Of a DNA stretch of 32,000 nt, positions 25,038-32,000 are shown one piece after another (position 1 is the first letter of the stretch; the number at the start of each line of letters is the position of its first letter). A program made the translations under genes and the position numbers. Source of the stretch: Candidatus Methylomirabilis oxygeniifera (GTDB lineage Bacteria; Methylomirabilota; Methylomirabilia; Methylomirabilales; Methylomirabilaceae); NCBI GenBank assembly GCA_000091165.1, contig FP565575.1:630001-662000 (forward strand), given 5' to 3'. The notes under the pieces are model-generated. The model was given only the letters and a program-made list of their open reading frames with translations. It was not told where the DNA came from and made no database searches.

Positions 25038-26104
25038 GTGTTTTGTATGCACAGACACCTGCTGAGCTGGTGCATGAGCCCGATGAAGACGGCCGCCCAT
25101 GCGCCGAAGGCCACGTAGACGAAGTAGTGGGGGATCATCATGAGGATCGGCAATTCCGTTACCTCTGCCAATCGGAATGTGCAGACCGTGTACATGCCCA
25201 AAGGGAAGACAGCCCCCCAGTACAACGGGTCGTATGCCAGCGGGAACCTCCGCATGACGTGTCTCCACACCCCCACCGTGACGAGCATCGGGATCCACCA
25301 CGTCGCAGTCGCCCAAAAGAGCAGGGTCATCCCGTAGAGAAACGGCAGCATGCGTTGCAACAGGTCGAAATCCGGGGCTTTACCGATCAGCACCGTACCG
25401 GCCAGCGTCGAGATAGCCATCGCTCCCATGTTGATCCAGTAGGGGGGTGTGAGGTCGGCCGGTGAGAACGGAAAGAAGAGGTAACGGTAAAAGACCAGAG
25501 AGATGATCCAGATATAGAGCATGCCGCCGAACAGCCACATGACCAGCGCGAAGAACAGGGTCACCTCACGGTATAGTTCCGATTGCTGGGCGATCAGCCC
25601 GCCGAGAACGGCAATCGCCTGCGTCGCGACAACACTGAGGAGCCATCCGCCATTGATACCCTCCCTGAGAGAGGGTTTCGCCCGCTTTGTCACAAAGCCG
25701 GTAAACATCCCGTAGGTCAAACCCGCATACAGCACCACCGCCAGAAACCATAGCGCCACCGCTGCCTGCTGACTTTTGCCTGCCAGGAACAGTTGAGTGC
25801 CGAGTACACCACACGCGGCGACGGTAGTAAAAAAGCCCGGTCCGCGGCTGTGATTCAAGAGATCTGCGGTGAAACGCCGCGGGAATCGGATAATCCGCAG
25901 ACCCGTCAACAGCCAGAGCACCGCGAAGGCGATCACGTTGAGCCAGAGCAGCGCTTCGGCGATCACCTCCATCCCCTGGAGGCGGGCTGCAATCGAGATG
26001 ATGCCGGTCGCCATGACGAGTCCGAAGTAGGCGGGGTGCAGACCCCTGATACCCTTCCGGACCGCTGCCGGCCCCCCCAACGATGCTCCTGGCTTTCGCG
26101 TCAC
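25034..26104 (-). CDS. TDT-family (TehA/SLAC1-like) anion channel/transporter
   Basis: LHPAYFGLVMATGIISIAARLQG, about 10 hydrophobic helices, ATWWIPMLVTVGVWRHVMRRFPLAYDPLYWGAVFPLGMYTVCTFRL. Confidence 0.85.
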   Translation of the reverse strand: MTRKPGASLGGPAAVRKGIRGLHPAYFGLVMATGIISIAARLQGMEVIAEALLWLNVIAFAVLWLLTGLRIIRFPRRFTADLLNHSRGPGFFTTVAACGVLGTQLFLAGKSQQAAVALWFLAVVLYAGLTYGMFTGFVTKRAKPSLREGINGGWLLSVVATQAIAVLGGLIAQQSELYREVTLFFALVMWLFGGMLYIWIISLVFYRYLFFPFSPADLTPPYWINMGAMAISTLAGTVLIGKAPDFDLLQRMLPFLYGMTLLFWATATWWIPMLVTVGVWRHVMRRFPLAYDPLYWGAVFPLGMYTVCTFRLAEVTELPILMMIPHYFVYVAFGAWAAVFIGLMHQLSRCLCIQNT

Positions 26105-26174
26105 CTATTCCTCGGGCGTTCGTCATAGCCCCATAGCCACCCATGTATCATGGTTTCATGGGAATCCTGTCTTC

Positions 26175-26858
26175 CTATACCTTCCCCATGTGCCGGTTCC
26201 ATATGACGACCTGCAGGGGGCGCCAGAGATACCGAAGTGGAAATGAGATGATGTGTACCAGCCTGGTGAACGGAAACAGGCCGATGATGCCGAACCCTAA
26301 CAGCATATGGAGTTTCGCGATGAAGGGGAGGTCGACGACGTACTCGATCTTGGGCTGGAATGTGAAGAGCGAGCCGATCCACGGGACCGACGTGTCCATG
26401 TACCAGTCCGCGCCCCAGCGGTAGTTCAGCGCGACCCAGAATCCGAGAACGACTTGCGTGATGAGCAGAGGCAATAACACCCAATCCATCACGCTGGAGG
26501 TCGCGCGAACCCGCGGGTTCGTCAAACGCCGCCAGGTGAGCGTGAGAATTCCTATGATCGCAAATACGGCGAGGGCCAGGCCGATCACTTCCAGTGTCGT
26601 GAGGATATGGATATTGGACAGCAATCGCCTCCAGGGGCCGGGGAACAGAAAGGCAATCAGGTGGGCCAGTAAGATGATAATGATCCCGAAGTGCCAGGGG
26701 ACGGAACCCCAGAACAGCCTCCGGTTCTCCAGGAACTGGGACGAGATGCTGGAAAACGAAAACCGGTCGCGATTGAACCGCCAGACAGTTCCCACCACCG
26801 CGTTGAAGAGCGCCAGGTAAGGAAACGCCGCAAACAGCACGAAGTTCAGCGAGTTCAT
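26175..26858 (-). CDS. narI: Respiratory nitrate reductase gamma subunit (cytochrome b)
   Basis: PYLALFNAVVGTVWRFNRDRFSFSSISSQFLENRRLFWGSVPWHFGIIIILLAHL and KLHMLLGFGIIGLFPFTRLVHIISFPLRYLWRPLQVV. Confidence 0.95.
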   Translation of the reverse strand: MNSLNFVLFAAFPYLALFNAVVGTVWRFNRDRFSFSSISSQFLENRRLFWGSVPWHFGIIIILLAHLIAFLFPGPWRRLLSNIHILTTLEVIGLALAVFAIIGILTLTWRRLTNPRVRATSSVMDWVLLPLLITQVVLGFWVALNYRWGADWYMDTSVPWIGSLFTFQPKIEYVVDLPFIAKLHMLLGFGIIGLFPFTRLVHIISFPLRYLWRPLQVVIWNRHMGKV

Positions 26859-26867
26859 GGGAACCCC

Positions 26868-27767
26868 CTACGCCTTTCCCCCCAATACCTGTTCCAATGC
26901 GCGCAGGACATGCGCATACGGGTGCGACAGCCGCTCCTCCTCGCCCTTTCGCACCTCTTCTTTCCGCATATCCTTTTCCTTCTCGTGCTCGGGAACGCCC
27001 TTGAGCTGCGTCCCGAGATCGCCCGTCAACGGTCCCGTCGCGAGCGGGCACGGACCACAGGACGGCCGATCAAATTCATGACCTTCCATCGATTGAGTAC
27101 CGAAGGGAGGGTGGTCCGTGTGTGGCACGTCTTTCAACCCTTCAGTGATGACGCCCTGTCCGAAGGCTTCCGGATGCCACGACGCGGCAATCTCATCAGG
27201 TTGATAGAATTGACGCTGCTCGGCGCGAATGGCATCCTGGAGGGATCGTACTGTCGTGTGCTGCGCCGCGAGATCCTCTCCGCGGTCGGTCGTGGCGCTT
27301 TTGCCGAGCATGTTTTTGATCGACGGAACGATCCCCTCCAGAATCAGCCCTTCCCGGAACTCCTCATGGTCGCAATGCGGCAGGAACCGAAGAGCCACCG
27401 CCAGATGATCGGGCAGTTCCGGTCTGCAATCGTACTCATGTGCGCAGTAATGTTCGTTCAGCTTCACCAGAAAATGACTGCGCTTATACGTCTCGCCGAA
27501 CAGGTGGTAGCCGATGTAGATCTTGAACAGGGGGTCGAGGTCGAAGGCGTCGGTATAGACCTGCCTCCAGTATGCCAGGTCGTGGGTGTTCACGAACGTG
27601 TCGAAGAAAGCCAGTTCGTTATCGGCCGCAGGGATCATGGATCGGATCTGTTGACGGGCGTCCCGCACGTACACAGGCAGATTCTCGTCGGGGTACTGCA
27701 GCAGTCGTCCGAGTTGATCCAACGCCTGGCACACGACGGTTGACCCGATGGAGATCATGGCTACCAT
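26868..27767 (-). CDS. narJ: Nitrate reductase assembly chaperone (delta subunit)
   Basis: DQLGRLLQYPDENL, GYHLFGETYKRSHFLVKLNEHYCAHEYDCRPELPDHLAVALRFLPH. Located between narH and narI. Confidence 0.92.
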   Translation of the reverse strand: MVAMISIGSTVVCQALDQLGRLLQYPDENLPVYVRDARQQIRSMIPAADNELAFFDTFVNTHDLAYWRQVYTDAFDLDPLFKIYIGYHLFGETYKRSHFLVKLNEHYCAHEYDCRPELPDHLAVALRFLPHCDHEEFREGLILEGIVPSIKNMLGKSATTDRGEDLAAQHTTVRSLQDAIRAEQRQFYQPDEIAASWHPEAFGQGVITEGLKDVPHTDHPPFGTQSMEGHEFDRPSCGPCPLATGPLTGDLGTQLKGVPEHEKEKDMRKEEVRKGEEERLSHPYAHVLRALEQVLGGKA

Positions 27768-29290
27768 CCCCGTGCCGGTTCTTTCTGACTGCCGGGAAAA
27801 CGAGTGAACCCCGCCTCGCGTTTCTGTGTGAGAGGATCGCGGGTCGATTCGATAGACTGCTCACGTTTGAGCGGCGGCACAACGAACCGTTCCTCATACG
27901 TGGGCAGCGAGGTGAGTCGGAAAATAGCCTCGGCCTCCTCCGGTGTCATATCGGCATCGGCCAGGGCTCGCGCGACATCCGCGTCGTTGAGATCGACGAC
28001 GGTTTGCCACCGCTTAAACATCCGCACTGTAATCAGCCGTTTCATCACGTCTTCGATCAACCGTTCGTTGCCCGCCGCAAACAGGCTTGCCAGATACTTG
28101 ATGGGGACGCGGGCCTTCTCCAGGATCAGGTTGAACTGAGGCGCCATCCCCTCCGCGCCTGTCCCATCGATCTCGTAGGCCCCGGTCGCTTCCCGGATCG
28201 TCGCCTGAAGCGGCTGAAGCGGCGGCACGTAAAACAGCATCGGCAGCGTGCGAAACTCCGGATGGAGGGGTAGCGCGATCCTCCATTGCTTGAAGAATTT
28301 ATAGACGGGAGAGTTTCTGGCAGCCTCGATCATATCGTCGCCGATGCCGTTGCGCTTGGCCGCCGCCACGACCTGTTCGTCGTGCGGATTAAGCACCATC
28401 TCCCGCTGAGCGTCAACCAGGCGATCATCGGGGACGCCGGCCGCCGATCGGATCTGATCCGCATCGTACAGCAGCACACCCAGATAGCGAATCCGGCCCA
28501 CGCACGAATGAAAACAGGCGGGGGGCTGTCCGCTTTCCAGCCTGGGGTAACACAGAATGCACTTCTCGGACTTCCCGGTCTTCCAGTTGAAGTACGGTTT
28601 CTTGTAGGGGCAGCCCGAGATGCACATCCTCCAGGCGCGGCATTTGTCCTGGCCGATGAGCACGATCCCGTCCTCTCCCCGTTTATAAATGGCGCCGGCC
28701 GGACAGGCGGCCACGCATCCGGGATTTGCGCAGTGGTTGCAGATCCGGGGCAGATAGAAGAAGACCATCCGCTCGATTTCGTTCAGCGACGCTCGCTCCG
28801 CCTCAGTGAGGTTCTTCAGGTTGGGATCGTTCTTCGCGTAGACGGGGGAACCGCCTAGATCATCGTCCCAGTTGGGGCCGGCCTCGATCTCCATGTATTC
28901 GCCGGAGATCATCGATTTGGCCCGGACCGCGGGCTGATCGTCCCCCTCGGGCGCCGAAAACAGTTTCTCGTAATCGTAATCGAACGGCTCGTAATACTCG
29001 TCGACCGTAGGCAGGTAGGGATTGAAGAAGATGTTGGCCAGCGCACCGAGTCGGCCCTGTAATCGGAGTCTCAGCTCATCCCCATTCTGCTCGAATCCGC
29101 CTTTATACCGTTCCTGATCCTCCCAGCGGGTCGGGTAGCCGGTACCGGGTTTGGTCTCCACATTGTTCCACCACATGTATTCGGCCCCTTCCCGGTCGGT
29201 CCAGATGTTCTTGCAGGCCACGCTACACGTGTGGCACCCGATACATTTGTCCAGGTGGAAGACCATTGATACCTGCGCACGAGGATCCAT
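27761..29290 (-). CDS. narH: Respiratory nitrate reductase beta subunit
   Basis: MVFHLDKCIGCHTCSVACKNIWTDREGAEYMWWNNVETKPGTGYPTRWEDQERYKGGF, CNHCANPGCVAACPAGAIYKR and CISGCPYKKPYFNW cluster motifs. Confidence 0.96.
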   Translation of the reverse strand: MDPRAQVSMVFHLDKCIGCHTCSVACKNIWTDREGAEYMWWNNVETKPGTGYPTRWEDQERYKGGFEQNGDELRLRLQGRLGALANIFFNPYLPTVDEYYEPFDYDYEKLFSAPEGDDQPAVRAKSMISGEYMEIEAGPNWDDDLGGSPVYAKNDPNLKNLTEAERASLNEIERMVFFYLPRICNHCANPGCVAACPAGAIYKRGEDGIVLIGQDKCRAWRMCISGCPYKKPYFNWKTGKSEKCILCYPRLESGQPPACFHSCVGRIRYLGVLLYDADQIRSAAGVPDDRLVDAQREMVLNPHDEQVVAAAKRNGIGDDMIEAARNSPVYKFFKQWRIALPLHPEFRTLPMLFYVPPLQPLQATIREATGAYEIDGTGAEGMAPQFNLILEKARVPIKYLASLFAAGNERLIEDVMKRLITVRMFKRWQTVVDLNDADVARALADADMTPEEAEAIFRLTSLPTYEERFVVPPLKREQSIESTRDPLTQKREAGFTRFPGSQKEPARGW

Positions 29291-29314
29291 CAGGTTACCC
29301 TCCGGAATCGCTCT

Positions 29315-29896
29315 TTAGCCACGAATGTCTTTGTCCCATTCATACAGATCTTTTCCCTCGACCAGGGCGCGCTCGCGGGCCTGCAGGATCCGAATCAATG
29401 CATCCTGCGGCAGGGTTTCAATCAGCAGTGTCAGACCTGCCGTGCAGGCCACCTGCATCAGCAACGCGTGGATCAGCATTCGACCCTGCTCAATCTGTTC
29501 TTCTCCGCCTGGAGACGTTGAGAGCAGTCCCTCCAGTCTGCGAACGTGCCGAATCACCAGATCGTGGGCTGCTGTCAGTTCACGAAGCTGTTCACTGCCG
29601 ATGTGATGATCGAGCGCAGGCAGGACCGCATCCTCCTCATAGCGAAACGACGTCCCGCAAAATCTCTTGATCTGCAGGAGGAGCGACCGGGCCTGCTCAC
29701 GATTGCCCTGCAGCATGGCGTCTTCCAGCTCCGTCAGGCAATCCCGCATCTTGCGGTAGCCATGCCAGAGGTGGACGAGCAGGGCGGCCAGGATCGCCTG
29801 ACGATCCTTTGACTCTATGGTGCCGATGGGATTATCCATCGGGACTGACATCGGATTCAGCGTCTGCTCCATCTGCTCAACCCAGGCGTCTTGCAT
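29315..29896 (-). CDS. Hemerythrin-like (HHE-type) helical domain protein inserted between narG and narH
   Basis: 193 aa: KRFCGTSFRYEEDAVLPALDHHIGSEQLRELTAAHDLVIRHVRRLEGLL resembles hemerythrin HHE spacing, but not all metal ligands are clear. Confidence 0.6.
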   Translation of the reverse strand: MQDAWVEQMEQTLNPMSVPMDNPIGTIESKDRQAILAALLVHLWHGYRKMRDCLTELEDAMLQGNREQARSLLLQIKRFCGTSFRYEEDAVLPALDHHIGSEQLRELTAAHDLVIRHVRRLEGLLSTSPGGEEQIEQGRMLIHALLMQVACTAGLTLLIETLPQDALIRILQARERALVEGKDLYEWDKDIRG

Positions 29897-29903
29897 CAGC
29901 GCG

Positions 29904-32000
29904 TTAATCCCATTGTAGTTTGTCCATTTTGCGCACCAGACAGTAGGTGTTGCGCGTCATGATCCCGATCGGTCCTAGTGAGTTGAATCCGTACGACCAC
30001 TGGCCGTATCCCCCGGCGAGCTGGACCGGGTTCACCCGCGTGCGGGTCAGGCTGTTGTGGCCACCGGCCCGCCGTCCGCGAAGCTGTGACTTCGGCACGT
30101 AGATCGTCCGTTCGACCGCGTGATAATACAGGCAGGTGCCGGACTGGACACGGGAGCTGACATTGGCCCGGGTGACCACCACGCCGTTGTCGTTGTAGAC
30201 CTCTACCCAGTCGTTATCCTTGAGGCCCACGCGGGCGGCGTCTTTATCGTTGATCCAGATCGGATCCATGCCCCGCGACAAGGTGAGCATGCGGTGATTA
30301 TCTTTGTAGGTGGAGTGGATGTTCCACTTGCCGTGGGGCGTAATGTAGTTCAGGAGCAGCGCGCGTTCATCCTGTCCGCTTTCGGTGATGTCATGGATCA
30401 GGACCGGGTCGAGTTTTGGCTTGTAGGTCGGCAGGTTCTCGCCGAAGTCGATGAAATAGGGGTGATCAAGATACAGATGCTGGCGGCCGGTCAGCGTGCG
30501 CCAGGGCACAAGCCGCTCCACCATCATCGTCCAGGCGGAGTAGGCGCGTCCGTCGTTGGTCATCCCGCTCCAGCAGGGAGAGATCAGCGTGCGCCTGGGC
30601 TGCCGTTTCAGATCGCCGAAGTTCAGCCGCAGGCTGCGGTGGCCTTCGGCCATGTCCGCAAGCTCCACCCCGACCAGTTCCCCTTTGGCCTTGAAGCCTT
30701 CGTAGCAGATTTCGCCGTTGGTTTCCGGCGACAGGTGCAGGATCAGGTTGGCGGCATCCAGCGCCGTTTCGAGCGAGGGGTACTTCTGCCCGCCCCATGA
30801 GACCGTCCGCTTGTGGCGGGGGTCCGGAGATCCTCCCTCTGGGTACTCCAGCAGTTCGTCGTAGAATTTCCCGATGGGAATGGGGCCCCAATTGTGGCCG
30901 GTCAGCCCGTCCTCGCGCACCTTCCGCCCGAACGAGATGAATTTCTGATAGAGCTTCGAGTAATCGCGTTCGACGATCTTCAGATGGGGAAAATTGCGAC
31001 CGGGTTCGAGCGGATCGTTCTGACCCTTCCAGTCCACGACCTCCCGCTGAGCCATCTCGTCCGGGCAATTGGCGCTGAGCGGGGCGGCGACCAGGTCCTT
31101 CACGGGACCGTCAAATGCATACCCGGCCATCTCCGAGACTCGCTTGGCCAACGCCTTGAAGATGTCGAAATCACTCCTGGCCTCCCAGGGCGGATCGACG
31201 GCCTTCCCGAGGTTGTGAATGAACGAGTGCAGGTCGGTCGTGTTCAGGTCGTCTTTCTCGTACCAGAAGGCGGTGGGAAGGACGATGTCGGAATAGACGG
31301 CCGAGGTATCCATGCGGAAGTTGATGTCCACCACCAGGTCCATCTTGCCTTCCGGGGCCTTCCCTGTCGCCTTGACGTCCTTGGCGGTTCCATTCACCCG
31401 TTCCTGGGCGATCAGGTTGTGATGGGTGCCCAGGTAGTGGCGCAGAAAGAACTCGTGACCCTTGGCGCTGGATTGAATGGCGTTTCCACGCCAGATCAGC
31501 CAGACCCTCGGCCAGTTCTCCGGAGCATCCGGGTTCTCGACGGAGAGTTCGAGCGTGCCCGTCCTGATCGCGTCGAGTACGTATTGCACGATCTCCTCCG
31601 CACTCTTTGCGCCGGCCTGCTCCGCCTCACGAATGACCTCGATCGGATTCCTGTTGAACTGCGGGTAAAACGGCATCCAGCCAAGGCGAACGGAGCGGGC
31701 CACATGATCTGCGGCATGCCCCTTTGCCCACTTGACGTCATTCGGCAGCGGGGCGTATTCCGTAAACTCCCCCTCGTACCGCCACTGATCGCTCATAATG
31801 TAATGCCACAAGGGGGTCTGCTGGAGGCGCGGGGGTTTCAACCAGTCGTTCGCGAAGGCGACAGGTTTCCATGCTGCGGCCAGTGTCAGTTTCTCCTGTC
31901 CGACGTAATGGTTGAGTCCCCCGCCGTTCACGCCGCAGCAGCCGCACAGGATCAGCGCGGTGGACGGCCCACGGTAGACAAGGTTGTTGTTGTACCAGTG
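29904..32000 (-). CDS. narG: Respiratory nitrate reductase alpha subunit (C-terminal part, N-terminus beyond the window)
   Basis: The frame stays open through the window edge (..NNNLVYRGPSTALILCGCCGVNGGGLNHYVGQEKL...). DQWRYEGEFTEYAPLP, MDLVVDINFRMDTSAVYSDIVLPTAFWYEKDDLNTTDLHSFIH, LTRTRVNPVQLAGGYGQWSYGFNSLGPIG. Confidence 0.95.
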   Translation of the reverse strand, partial: HWYNNNLVYRGPSTALILCGCCGVNGGGLNHYVGQEKLTLAAAWKPVAFANDWLKPPRLQQTPLWHYIMSDQWRYEGEFTEYAPLPNDVKWAKGHAADHVARSVRLGWMPFYPQFNRNPIEVIREAEQAGAKSAEEIVQYVLDAIRTGTLELSVENPDAPENWPRVWLIWRGNAIQSSAKGHEFFLRHYLGTHHNLIAQERVNGTAKDVKATGKAPEGKMDLVVDINFRMDTSAVYSDIVLPTAFWYEKDDLNTTDLHSFIHNLGKAVDPPWEARSDFDIFKALAKRVSEMAGYAFDGPVKDLVAAPLSANCPDEMAQREVVDWKGQNDPLEPGRNFPHLKIVERDYSKLYQKFISFGRKVREDGLTGHNWGPIPIGKFYDELLEYPEGGSPDPRHKRTVSWGGQKYPSLETALDAANLILHLSPETNGEICYEGFKAKGELVGVELADMAEGHRSLRLNFGDLKRQPRRTLISPCWSGMTNDGRAYSAWTMMVERLVPWRTLTGRQHLYLDHPYFIDFGENLPTYKPKLDPVLIHDITESGQDERALLLNYITPHGKWNIHSTYKDNHRMLTLSRGMDPIWINDKDAARVGLKDNDWVEVYNDNGVVVTRANVSSRVQSGTCLYYHAVERTIYVPKSQLRGRRAGGHNSLTRTRVNPVQLAGGYGQWSYGFNSLGPIGIMTRNTYCLVRKMDKLQWD

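Noticed and set aside
26691-27743. 350-aa plus-strand ORF across narJ/narI
   Set aside because: Antisense of convincing narJ and narI coding sequence.

Overview
The window is a contiguous bacterial segment. Gene content (Pup-proteasome locus, bc-type complex, narGHJI) and style fit an NC10 / Methylomirabilis-like genome, but this is an inference and no database search was run. In order it contains: (1) E1-beta (partial) and E1-alpha of a 2-oxoacid dehydrogenase on the minus strand. (2) A bacterial Pup-proteasome locus on the plus strand, arc/mpa - dop - prcB - prcA - pafA, followed by an M17 leucyl aminopeptidase. No Pup/UBact modifier gene is recognisable in any gap. The dop and pafA genes share an in-frame 510-bp block that reads as identical. 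(3) A small Lrp/AsnC ligand-binding-type protein and an MFS transporter. (4) A tandem array of six paralogous ankyrin-repeat genes with a shared N-terminus, separated by REP-like hairpin sequences. One gene is flanked by a 43-bp near-perfect inverted repeat. (5) A visibly GC-richer block encoding an Fe-S/FAD GltD-like oxidoreductase, a Rieske protein, a long cytochrome b and a tetraheme-type cytochrome c. (6) Toxin/epimerase gene remnants and an intact BrnT/BrnA pair with a readable promoter. (7) A TDT/TehA-type channel and narI-narJ-narH-[hemerythrin-like]-narG (partial) on the minus strand. The best candidates for follow-up are the dop/pafA conversion tract together with the missing modifier, the ankyrin array with its intergenic repeats, and the flavoprotein-linked Rieske/cyt b/tetraheme complex.
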